Notes under the pieces: model-generated
Told to the model about the DNA's origin: nothing
What the model saw: only the letters and a program-made list of their open reading frames with translations
The model's database searches: none
Shown: positions 45,897 to 57,500 of the stretch, one piece after another
How positions within the stretch are numbered: the stretch's first letter is position 1
Layout: every line of letters begins with the position of its first letter
Translations under genes and position numbers: made by a program
Source: Picochlorum sp. SENEW3
Lineage: Eukaryota
DNA: 64,000 nt
NCBI GenBank assembly: GCA_034226945.1
Contig: CP120463.1
Coordinates: forward strand, 744,001 to 808,000
Direction: 5' to 3'

Positions 45897-48310
45897 TTAT
45901 AAACTTCTCGTTGATCCCCGCTGCGTCGGAGCTCCAGTCACAATGTCAACATCAGCAGTTGTCCCAAGTGAGTCAGAGTCTAGGGCCCATCTCAAGGATG
46001 ATGCAGATGATCTGATGGCCTTGAACGCCTTCAGATTGGTGAGGTATAATTTCAGTCTCTGCTTCGCGGGCGTTTTCCATTTCTCGAAACGGAGCAGTGC
46101 AATGAGAGAAGAGGCATATTTGCTCAACAAATGATCCTGCATGCTCGATTTCATACCCCCCAAGGTATAGCTTTCTATCCTAGAAGGATCTATGATCGGG
46201 CCGACCTCGGTCAGATAGATGCAATGGCCATCTCGTTTGTACAGGAAAATAAATTTTCCATTCTTGATGACGATATCATTAAGATGCATGATGTTCCACG
46301 TGTTTGGTACCATTAAATTGTAGCTTCTGACAAACGCACTATTCCCAACCCGTGGGGATCCATATGTATAGCACATGACGCTGTGTGCTGCTCCTATGCT
46401 TCTATTCCAGTCTGAGAGATCATACGCTGCAATCTTAGCAGCTGCACCTCCAAGACTATGACCACAAACCAGAATTCGCCAAGGGAGTGGTGTTTCATCT
46501 GGTGAGCATTTTGTAATCTCCGCCACCATTGACATGCATGTATCCTTCATGCCTGAACCAAACCAAAAGTCACCAAAACCAGCATGAATCATGGGCTTTG
46601 TTCCCATGAGATAATTACCCCTCATTGGAGGATGTGTGGACCTCCACAACTTGAGATCAGTCAGAACATTCTTTGCAGATGCAGTTCCTCTAAAGCATAT
46701 GACAATCCTTCTTTGTTCTTCACTCCAGGCAATCAAACATTTTGAATCACATACTTTATTCCATATCAATTTTGAATCGGTAAATGAACATATCTCCAGC
46801 GTACTCTCCAACTCAAACGTTGGCATTTCCACCTCGTCAAGCTCGTAGACCATGAACGAGAACAAAAAGGCTGTCAGCATGGTCTCATAACAAACTTGGA
46901 CATCAGTTTCATCCACCACATCAGCATTCTCCACCCATTTTATATTTTCATTTCTCACATGCTGGTTTGACTCGCTTTTCGATGGTAGATATGGCGAGTG
47001 CATCCAAAGAGAGATTGTGACTAAAAGTGTCAAGGAAAATAGATATGGAGATAGCCCTACAGCCATCATGAATTTCACTGGACAGGAACCGTGAGATACA
47101 AGCCATAAAAGAACTATGCTTAACACTCCTATAAAGGCAACGATCAATCGAGTCTGTATCTGGAAACCCAACTCAATATGATTCATTTTGTATCTCGAAT
47201 ATGGCAGACATCTCAACCAGCTATCTGCCCAAAGACAGCAAATAATATATAAAGCCATATAGAACAGAAAGATTGATCCAATCACGATCATAAGATTATC
47301 ATAACCAACGCCATAATTGTTTAATGTGCACGCAGAATTCCAGGGGTCACAGTTCAGCACACCACTCTCAGAGGAGCAATTTGCATCAGCTTGAGAAGAG
47401 CACCAATACCCACCAAGCGGACCAACAGTGTATAGTAAAAGCAGCAGCAGAGTAACCTCTGGAATTGCATAAAAAGCCAAGAATACGGCAATATACATAG
47501 ACACAGAAAGGTCGATGCCGGCAGGAATAGAAATGTTTCTCCTCTGAAGGATGGCCAACAACCTTACTCTGTTGAGCAATCGTTCCAAAGCTTCTCTTGG
47601 CAGCAAAACTAATACTTGAAGAAATTGGTTTGTCACGACAATATTCAATAGTGACCAACGAATAAAGGCAAGTATAGCAAATGATGAGTAGAGCCATGAG
47701 CACGAAACCTCCAAGAGCCAAATGTCTGATCCAATCAGCAATATCTGAAACAGGACATCTCACTCGGTACATTTCGGAACGAACAAGTAACGAAAGCAAA
47801 CCGTACCGTGTTTATAAAGAGACAGATGAAATCAATCATCGCCAGTCGAGTCAACCTCGCTCGCCGTCGTGATGTTGTCTTTTTTGCCAACCTGAACGAA
47901 GTCACATTCTTCCAATGATATCCACCAAAATAGAGCATGCCCAGGCATGCCGAACAGAATAGAACTAAATTCATGATCAAAATCCTTTTGCCAGCTACTG
48001 AAGAAGTATAATCTGATTGAACCCAAACGGCCTGAATGATCAGAACAATCAGAGACAGCAACAAGCCAAATTGCAAGCAACGAATGTAGCGCATGGCAAC
48101 AGAATCCTCCATGTACTCTACCCGTAGCACGAGATCAATATCCCCATGTATCTCAATGAGCCCATCATCCAACTCAATACTGGATAACGTGTCTCTAAGG
48201 TCGATTGGACGGGCTAATACATCGTCAGAAACAACCTCTGGTTCCTTCTCTTGTTGTGAACTGCTCGCTGTCGAAGCATTACAATTCTCAACAGGCTCCT
48301 TAACGCCCAT
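45897..48310 (-). CDS. Multi-TM class 3 lipase, divergent paralogue C
   Basis: FRGT, HAGF, GHSLGG, YTYGSPRVGN, NDIV and DHLL motifs. Intron at about 47743-47805. Confidence 0.88.
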
Positions 48311-48490
48311 GGTGTATGAATAAATTTATCAAACTAATAAAAGAGCGACCTTCGGGGAGATATACTGTCTCTGCTGAACAGTACAGGCAGAGGGTACTAC
48401 TTCCCACAGCCTGAAGTTGCTGCTCCGTGCTACAATTTCCCTTGATTGTGTGGGCAGATACTACTTTAAACATTAAATTTATTCAATTAA

Positions 48491-50731
48491 TTATTCAGAA
48501 ACAGTTCCATAGTCCTTAGAACGTGCATGAAATGCCTTTTTCAACAGACTGATCATGCGGGCAAGTTCAGGTTTGCTAACGAGGTCCCTGACAGCCTCAA
48601 TCTCTGCATTCTTCTGAATAATGGACAAGAACGATCTACTATACGTTGAAAGCAGATGCTCACTCACGCTTTTCGTGTGAAATCGATGCAGGGTCGACTT
48701 TTCTAAATGGGATGGATTGATAATCAGGTCGCCAAACTTGGACACCAGACAGACTTGTGATTCCCTCTCGTACAGGTAGAAGAATTTGCCACTCGTCGAT
48801 ACCGCATCGTTTGGGTGAAAGATGTCCCAAGAATTCGGCACATTCTCCCGATATTCTTTTGCAAACGCATGGTTGCCCACGTAGGGGCAACCAAGTGTCA
48901 TGGTCCAGATGCACACCTTCTTGTCAGCATGGGCTGGCAGCTGAGATGCAATGTCAACCGCGGCCAATTTCGCTGCAGCCCCTCCCAACGAGTGCCCGAA
49001 GCAGTACAGGTCCCATGCCTCGCCCGAATCTGCAGATTTGAGGATGATTTCTTTCAGCAACGCCATCACATCCTCTCGCAGCCCAGATTCATACCAAAAC
49101 TGATTGAACCCAGTGTGGATGAGAGGCATTGTTCCGGTCCAGTATCGACCTCGCCGAGGAGGGTGTGCCATTCTCCACACTTTAGCATCCGTTAGGAAGT
49201 TCTTTTTGCTTGCTGACCCGCGAAAGGACACCACAATTATCCGACGCTCGACGCTCCAAGCACAAAGGCACTTGGCATCTAACGATCTCTGCCACAAGAG
49301 TTTGTATTCTGACAAATCATACAATGACATTGCCATGTCAATATCAAACAGAGAATTTGCAACTTCTTCAATGTCATACACAAGGCGTGAAAAGTAAAGA
49401 GCCTTCAAAGCCATCTCGAAACAAAAGACACTATTCTGCGTCGTCGAAGGCCTTGCCTGTTCGTGTGATGCAATTCTCTCCTCATCCCACACAACTGTCT
49501 GATTCCATTGTAAAGCGTCCACAATCTCTTCAGTCAAGCAAATCGGCATTCTCAGAACTAAAGTGGTACACACCAAATAACATGTTGCAAGCTCCAAAGG
49601 AAGATAGCCTATGAATACCATCACATTAGAGTTGCAGGATATTCCATGCACCATCCACAGGACAATGATGGACAATGCATAAAACACTGTCGTGTGCACG
49701 CGAGTCTGAAGTTGAAACCCGAGTTCTGTATGATTAGTGCGGTACAACTCAAAAGGCAATGCTCTCAAAGAGGCCATGGTATACAAAACAAGCCCAATAT
49801 ACAAAAGTAGAAGAGCCAGAGCATAGATTGACAACGTTATAGAGAGGCCACGTGTCACCGCCGCAAGACTGCAGTCATACGCCCACGTATGACAGTCTGT
49901 ATCAGGATTTGCACTTGGATAACATGCTGTATCATATATACTAGTACAAAAAGATCCGTGGATTGGCCCCATCGCTGCCATCGCCGTCACGATGGTCAGT
50001 GCTTCAAATGGTAAGTAAATCCCAGCAAATGTCAGCACATAAACCCAGTGTGGAAGATCAATCCCGTGTACAGTACCCCTCACCTCCTTCGTATCAATCA
50101 ACCAGTCAAGTCTAAAGAATTTCAGCAGCGAGAATACAGTTGTCACTGGCATGGCCAGCATTGCCGAGAGAAACTGATTTGCTATGATAACACCCAAGGC
50201 ACTCACACGAATGAAGGAGAAGATCAACACCCATCCCAAAAACCATCCACATTCTCGATTCCGCGCGATCGCATTAGTAGCTAGGAACGAACCAACTGCG
50301 ATAATTCCAGCCACGAGATCAATGACAGCAAGCCTGCAGACGCGCAAGCGACGGTCACTCCAGACGTACTCTTTATTCTTTAATGACTGCAAAATCCTCA
50401 TACCAAAGATGGTGCCAGCAATCATATATATAAGCGCCACAAAAGACCCAAGAGTCAGATTCAGAATCAATAATTTGTCCGAGCGAAGCAGAGAGTCCTC
50501 TGATTCATACTTCCATGCCGCAACCAGGCACAAAACAGCAAAGGCAAGTAGCAGCAGGAAGTTTTTAAAATAATACAAAGGTCTGGTTTGCTTCTCATTC
50601 TCGCACTCAATTTTCAAAGCGACCTTCCCAGAACTCAAAGAACCATCCTTGTAAAATCCTTCCTTGGCCAACTCAAAGACATTCGCCATGTAATTCTTCC
50701 TACCGCTCTGAGACTGACGTTCTGAAGCCAT
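48491..50731 (-). CDS. Multi-TM class 3 lipase, paralogue A
   Basis: N-terminal TM bundle; FRGS, HTGF, GHSLGG, NDAV and EHLL motifs. Confidence 0.92.
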   Translation of the reverse strand: MASERQSQSGRKNYMANVFELAKEGFYKDGSLSSGKVALKIECENEKQTRPLYYFKNFLLLLAFAVLCLVAAWKYESEDSLLRSDKLLILNLTLGSFVALIYMIAGTIFGMRILQSLKNKEYVWSDRRLRVCRLAVIDLVAGIIAVGSFLATNAIARNRECGWFLGWVLIFSFIRVSALGVIIANQFLSAMLAMPVTTVFSLLKFFRLDWLIDTKEVRGTVHGIDLPHWVYVLTFAGIYLPFEALTIVTAMAAMGPIHGSFCTSIYDTACYPSANPDTDCHTWAYDCSLAAVTRGLSITLSIYALALLLLYIGLVLYTMASLRALPFELYRTNHTELGFQLQTRVHTTVFYALSIIVLWMVHGISCNSNVMVFIGYLPLELATCYLVCTTLVLRMPICLTEEIVDALQWNQTVVWDEERIASHEQARPSTTQNSVFCFEMALKALYFSRLVYDIEEVANSLFDIDMAMSLYDLSEYKLLWQRSLDAKCLCAWSVERRIIVVSFRGSASKKNFLTDAKVWRMAHPPRRGRYWTGTMPLIHTGFNQFWYESGLREDVMALLKEIILKSADSGEAWDLYCFGHSLGGAAAKLAAVDIASQLPAHADKKVCIWTMTLGCPYVGNHAFAKEYRENVPNSWDIFHPNDAVSTSGKFFYLYERESQVCLVSKFGDLIINPSHLEKSTLHRFHTKSVSEHLLSTYSRSFLSIIQKNAEIEAVRDLVSKPELARMISLLKKAFHARSKDYGTVSE

Positions 50732-51880
50732 ATAGGACTACTTGCATCTAGCAACTGCAGTATCGAGACGGGCATATTAGCCAACCATATCTATACGGCT
50801 ACCCTGCTTACGAAGACACTCTTGGGGTGGAGGTGTCAACAATGGTCTACCCTGGTTGCTTAGGGGTTCCAACCAACCAAGTTTCGCCATGTGTATGTGC
50901 AGTGAATTATAATATAACTTGAATACTAGATATATAGTTTCTACCGCATGTATACGCTGCACAATGTAGATGTGCTTACCTAAAGAAAGTGCGTCCTCCA
51001 CACTCACACAAAATCTTTTTTCGTCGCTCAGACGAGATCATATATTCCCTGTCCACTTAAATATCAATAATAATATGTTATACTTGAGATGAGGAGAAAA
51101 TTTCCACGTTTTTCCTTAGCGCACCAGGCATTCTGGAATCGGTTGTCGTTACAATTCCTAGGAATCCGGGTCGCATGGCACCGATCGGTGGTCTCGTTTG
51201 ATGGGCCGATTCAGCCGTATGACCGATTTGGGGTCGGATGTCCACCTTGGCCAGGAATTTTTTTGTTCCTTTCTATTTCTGAGCCCTGTTTTCGGCACGC
51301 GATGTTGCTGGTTCATAACCACCTTCAGAGTGTTTATCAAGCAGATGAGTGAGAAAATCTGGTCGACACGAAGTTGCTGCTTGGGTGGTATCACACACCG
51401 GTGGGCGTTCTCCGGGCAGAGTCCCATCTCCCAGTGTGAATGACAGAGCTTGGGGTCCCAGAGAATATTACAAGCGATTCGTTGCTGGTGGATCGTGTTT
51501 ATCAGGAGATTAACGAGGTATGCAGATACTTTTCCGGGTTATATGGGGCATGCGCCCAATAGAAAACTCACTCAATCTATTGGTGTTGAGTGGTTGACTT
51601 GGGCTTTCCGGACCAAATGCCATACTCTCCGAGCCTCTCTGACGCATAGATGACGTGGGAGTGGAGTCTTCCGAGCCTCATGCTCCTGGTCCTTCAAGCA
51701 AAGAACTACCTTGCGCTAGGCAGTGCATTGGCTCTTGGAGGGACCATCAGTGCAGACAGCAATCACCTTGGTACGAATGCTCTGAAAGTGTCTTCCTAGC
51801 ACCAGCTTAGGTGCTACAAATACAATTGCCTTTCATTGCGTGGGCAAATACTACTTTACAAAACAATTTTATTCAACTAC

Positions 51881-54121
51881 TTATTCAGAAACAGTTCCAT
51901 GGTCCTTAGGGTGTGCAAGGAATTCCTTTTTCAATAGACTGATCATGGGGCCAAGTTCGGGTTTGCTAACGAGGTCCTTCACAGCCTCAATCTCCGCGTA
52001 TTTTCGAATGATGGACACAAATGATCTACCATACGTCGACAGTAGATGCTCACTCACGCTTTTTGTGTGAAATCGATGCAGGGTCGACTTTTCTAAATGG
52101 GATGGATTGATAATCAGGTCGCCAAACTTGGACACCAGACAGACTTGTGCTTCCCTCTCATACATGTCAAAGAATTTGCCACTCGTCGATACCGCATCGT
52201 TTGGGTGAAAAATGTCCCAAGAATTCGGCACATTTTCTCGATATTCTTTTGCAAACGCATGGTTGCCGACGTATGGAGAGCCGAATGTCATGGTCCAGAT
52301 GCACACCTTCTTGTCAGCATGGGCTGGCAGCTGAGATGCAATGTCAACCGCGGCCAATTTCGCTGCAGCCCCTCCCAACGAGTGCCCGAAGCAATACAGG
52401 TCCCATGCCTCGCCCGAATCTGCAGATTTGAGGATGATTTCTTTCAGCAACGCCATCACATCCTCTCGCAGCCCAGATTCATACCAAAACTGATTAAACC
52501 CGGTGTGGATGAGAGGCATTGTTCCGGTCCAGTATCGACCTCGCTGAGGAGGGTGTGACATTCTCCACACTTTAGCATCCGTTAGGAAGTTCTTCTTGCT
52601 TGCTGACCCGCGAAAGGACACCACAATTATCCGACGCTCGACGCTCCAAGCACAAAGGCACTTGGCATCTAACGATCTCTGCCACAAGAGTTTGTATTCT
52701 GACAAATCATACAATGACATTGCCATGTCAATATCAAACAGAGAATTTGCAACTTCTTCAATATCATACACAAGGTATGAAAAATAAAACGCTTTTAAGG
52801 CCATCTCGAAACAAAAGACACTATTCTGCGTCGTCGAAGGCCTTGCCTGTTCGTGTGATGCAATTCTCTCCTCATCCCACACAACTGTCTGATTCCATTG
52901 TAAAGCATCCACATCTTCTTCAGACAAGCAAATCGGCATTCTCAGAACCAAAGTGGTACACACCAAATAACATGTTGCAAGCTCCAAAGGAAGATAGCCT
53001 AAAAATACCATCACATTAGAGTTGCAGGATATTCCTTGCACCATCCACAGGACAATGATGGACATTGCATACAACAGTGTTGTGTGCACTCGAGTCTGAA
53101 GCTGAAAACCCAGCTCCGTATGATTAATGCGGTACAACTCAAAAGGCAATACTTTCAAAGAGGCCATAGTAAACACGACAAGCCCAATATACAAGATGAG
53201 AAGAACGAGCGAATAAATTGACAACGTTATAGAGAGGCCACGTGTCACCGCCGCAAGACTGCAGTCAAATGCCCACGTATGACAGTCTGTATCAGGATTT
53301 GCACTTGGATAACATGCTGTATCATATATACTAGTACAAAAAGATCCGTGGATTGGCCCCATTGCTGCCATCGCCGTCACGATGGTCAATGCTTCAAATG
53401 GTAAGTAAATCCCAGCAAATGTCAACAGAAAAATCCAGTGTGGAAGATCAATCCCGTGTACAGTACCCCTCACCTCCTTCGTATCAATCAACCAGTCAAG
53501 TCTAAAGAATTTCAGCAGCGAGAATACAGTTGTCACTGGCATGGCCAGCATTGCCAAGAGAAACTGATTTGCTAGAATAATACCTAGAAAACTCACACGG
53601 ACAAATGAGAAGGTCAACACCCATCCCAAAAACCATCCACACGATCTATCCAGCGCAATCGCATTAGAAGCCAGGAATGAAGCAGCTGCGATAATTCCAG
53701 CCACGAGATCTACGGCAGCAAGCCTGCAGACACGCAAGCGACGGTCATCCCACACATACTCTGTGTTCTTGAATGTTTTCAAAATTCTCCTGCCAAAGAT
53801 GGTGCCAGCAATCACATATAATAGCACCACCAATGACCCAAGAGACAGATTCAGAAACAGTAATTTGTCTGAGCGAAGCAAAGAGTCCTCAGATTCGTAC
53901 TTCCATGTGGCAACAAGGCATAGAACAACAAAAGCAACTATCAGGAGAAGGTTTCCAAGATGATACAAAGGACGCGTTCCCTTCTCATTCTCGCACTCAA
54001 TTCTCAAAGCAACATAGCCAGAACTTAGATATCCGTCTTTATAAAGACCCCTCTTTGCCAATTCCAAGACATTCGCCATGTAATACCTCCTATCGCTCCG
54101 AGACCGACGTTTTGGGGCCAT
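51881..54121 (-). CDS. Multi-TM class 3 lipase, paralogue B
   Basis: Colinear copy of 48491-50731 at offset 3390. Start MAPKRR aligns to MASERQ. Confidence 0.92.
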   Translation of the reverse strand: MAPKRRSRSDRRYYMANVLELAKRGLYKDGYLSSGYVALRIECENEKGTRPLYHLGNLLLIVAFVVLCLVATWKYESEDSLLRSDKLLFLNLSLGSLVVLLYVIAGTIFGRRILKTFKNTEYVWDDRRLRVCRLAAVDLVAGIIAAASFLASNAIALDRSCGWFLGWVLTFSFVRVSFLGIILANQFLLAMLAMPVTTVFSLLKFFRLDWLIDTKEVRGTVHGIDLPHWIFLLTFAGIYLPFEALTIVTAMAAMGPIHGSFCTSIYDTACYPSANPDTDCHTWAFDCSLAAVTRGLSITLSIYSLVLLILYIGLVVFTMASLKVLPFELYRINHTELGFQLQTRVHTTLLYAMSIIVLWMVQGISCNSNVMVFLGYLPLELATCYLVCTTLVLRMPICLSEEDVDALQWNQTVVWDEERIASHEQARPSTTQNSVFCFEMALKAFYFSYLVYDIEEVANSLFDIDMAMSLYDLSEYKLLWQRSLDAKCLCAWSVERRIIVVSFRGSASKKNFLTDAKVWRMSHPPQRGRYWTGTMPLIHTGFNQFWYESGLREDVMALLKEIILKSADSGEAWDLYCFGHSLGGAAAKLAAVDIASQLPAHADKKVCIWTMTFGSPYVGNHAFAKEYRENVPNSWDIFHPNDAVSTSGKFFDMYEREAQVCLVSKFGDLIINPSHLEKSTLHRFHTKSVSEHLLSTYGRSFVSIIRKYAEIEAVKDLVSKPELGPMISLLKKEFLAHPKDHGTVSE

Positions 54122-54549
54122 GGAGAACCCCTGCGAGTAGCAATTGCACCGATCAACCAACCATATCGATACACCTACTCATAAAGACACTATTGACAGT
54201 ACGGGTGTCAACTTTGGTCCATCCAGGGATGTGATGGAATTCCAACCACCTGGCGTTAGCCATGTAAACATCGTCCATCGGTCGCACTGCCATGTCGATG
54301 GGAGAATTATTACTCCCTTCAATTGAAGGCCTTTTGTCCATAATGTAAGGCATTATGGTTATTTAGGATGTAAGGCATTGAAGAGAAATTTGAATCCTTG
54401 TAATGCTTTGTGAAAGAGGATATGAGGTGTCAAGGGTGCGACAAGGAAGAGTCAAGTTTCGTGAGTGGAATCAAGAGTTTTAAAAACCTTCTATGCGCTC
54501 ATTGATTGGATATAAAAGTATGACAGATGATTTTATAGATTTATAAAGA

Positions 54550-57500
54550 ATGAAGAGAGAGTATCCAATAACGGTGGAGGAGTATTTGGTGGAGAGAGGG
54601 GTGAGAGGCTTTGAGAAGGCTGTGGAGAGGTTTTCAACCGAGTACCAGGCATTTCAACGTGGTGAGCTGGAGGATGTGGTTGTGGGTGCAGTGGGTGATT
54701 GCTGGAGCTTTCAGGATCGAGAGATACAGGTGCGGCTTGTTGGTTCGAATGTGGTGTGCATGTGTCTGGACAATGAACAACAATTCAGTGTGTGCAGTTG
54801 AAGCGGTCATTTCCTGTCACGTCATTGGGACGAGGGAAGACAGTCATGCTCCGTGACAGCTTTTTGGACGCTGAGAAGGAAGATGTGCTTGGAAAGGCGC
54901 TGCATAACTGGGAGGTAAAAGGGTGTTTTGGGCTGATTGAGAGTATGATGGGGTTGGAGGTGGCTCTGAAACGGTTGGTCTTCGCTGTGTGTGTTATTAC
55001 AGGAGTTGAGGGTGTTCCTGATCGATGGAAGAATATTGATCTGGGAGAAGACATAGAATTTGACTGTTTAGAATCGTTTGTGAAAGGATATGGGGCCGCT
55101 GAGACGTTGGCTGATGCAGGCATTGTTGGGTTTGATAGAGTCATGCAGGTGTTGGATGCTGTTCAGCGGCGCCTTTTTGTGCACTGTGCCGCGAGATCTT
55201 CACACAAGGCAATTGCGTTCTTATGCATGCGAGATATACGTGATAATTTTTTGGTGAGTGAAGAGATTGTGAAATCAACAGAGGATGAATATTCTGTGGT
55301 GAAGAGTCTTGTTGTTATGGCAGAGGAGAAAAAGGATGTTTTATATAATGGATCGAGTGTCATGAAGATTTTTGGTCAGCTTGACGGAGATAAAGAGTCT
55401 AATAGTAATACTCGCGGCCAAGGGACACAAAGAGGAGACTTTTCTAGGTTGTGTGCTGTACTGGCTGGGTATATATCAATGGCATCACCAGGAGGGGTGG
55501 AGGCTGTTCTATTTTTGGAGCAGTACTGTCAGGGACATCGCGAGTTGTTCCTCAGTTATGTATCGCTCGTTTCTCAGGTTGATAGAGCGAGCTTGAAGGA
55601 GGATCTATTGAAGAGATGCGGAAAGAAGAATACATGGGATGCAAAGGACATAATGGAATGGATATGGAGATGTGATATCAGGCAGGGTGATGACTTCGCC
55701 ACAGATAGTATGTTGCATATTTTGGCAAGTGCAGACATGACGCGACGCATATGTTCGGATGGGGATGCATTTCAGATTGAATGGCTGATGTTGTACCTTT
55801 TGCTTGCTCGAGTTTTGGATGCGGGCGGAATACAAGACGTTTCGGGGAGTTCAACGCTGCCTTTTAACTCGTCAGAAAATATAACGAAAACCTGCATGAC
55901 GTGCTGGAATTGCCTTTTGAAGTCGCTGCAGAATGTCAAAATGAGAAAGTTGTGTGTGGATGTCTTGCAGGCCACAGAGGTATGTTACTGAAATGCTCTG
56001 CTCTCTCATTGAAGTTCTATTTCTTACTGGAACTCCGTGCTTGTAGCCATCCAATCCAATACTTGGGCCGATGTCAAGATTTGCTTCGTATCTGATCAAA
56101 ACTTGCATAGGATCTGCTCTTCTCGTGGTCATGTTGGGAGGCACAAGTTTGGGAGAGATGGGTGATATTGAGTTGCAGGTAGCCAACCTGTTTATTCAGC
56201 TTGCAAGTGACGGTCAAATGGCAGAAGCACTCCTGTTTCTCTCCAAGGTTATAGATGCTGACATGAACGATGAAGATTCATGTATCAAAGTATTGGAAAA
56301 GTTGAAGGAAGTGTTGGGATTGTGTTTCAGCGTTGGAACTGGAATACTGGAGATTCTAGAGAAGGAAATTGGTGAAAGGCTTTTGCGCGTCGAGCGGCAA
56401 ATTCTATCTGGGGAAGATGACCCCAAGAATGCAAACGTTTGTCCACATGATTTTCCGTATCTGTGCCGAATGCTTTTACTTGTGGTTTCAACCTCGGACT
56501 TTTGGAGCGAGAAGGGACATGTCAGTGCATCAATGTTCAAAATGATCGAGCAGATTGCTCATACTATCGTCTGCTTTGTGAATGCATCTGGTAGACATAG
56601 AGATGCTAGTGTTTCCGTTCTCGTGCAAACTTTGAACGCATATCGGCATCTAGTGTCTGTAAGCCAGAGGACCACAGTATTTGAATTGTATCTGAGGGAA
56701 TCTTCTCAGCATGAACACTTTTTCCTGCTTTGTTTGTGGCTAGTATTCGCATCCACAGAGGATAAAATCACATTTATGGATCAAGATCAAGGATCGATCG
56801 CTATTTCAGAGAATGATTTGCAGGATGTTGCCAATAGGTTGTTGCTGCTGCAGGAAGGCATTGAGAATATTCAATCCTTGGGAATTATGACCATTGTGGC
56901 AGCGATTTACTGCACGTGGAGGCACTCAAATGATATGCTTGTGTCCATTATTGACTCAGAACTGATCGCGAAGCATCTAGAAAGGGTCACTGACAACGCA
57001 ACATGCGAGAGTTCGTCTGTGCCAAACATTCTGAAGGCCCTGAAATCTGAGGACTTTGCCATAGATCTGCATGCGGAGCAAATCTACTGGTTTTTAATAC
57101 CAGAATTAAGTGTTCAGTTGAACCCTATGGATATAGTTATTCCCAACATACAAGGATGCAATGATATCTTATCTGATATTGCAGAAGATGGTTGCAGACA
57201 GACCAAAATTCTCAGACCTGCAAAGATTTTGCAGACGAATGGGTCTTTTGAGGATGTATTTGAATTCATCCTTGATAACCTCAAATTATGTGAGGAATCA
57301 CTGGGTAAATGGTCCAAACGACGGGAGAAAGACGATTTATCAGAGTTCTCACAGCATCTGCGGGAAAATAGAGATGAAGATATTCCACCCGTGATTGGCA
57401 ACATGCAGTCTCACATGTGGAGCCTATCTAACGACGTTCAACAGGAGATAGACGAGGATATTATTCAAATTCGGCACCTTGTTTGTACCAAGTATGAACC

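Larger units (their letters stand above)
48427..54265. repeat. Direct tandem duplication (about 48427-50892 and 51811-54265)
   Basis: Nucleotide similarity covers the CDS, about 65 nt of 3' flank and about 150 nt of 5' flank. Confidence 0.92.
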
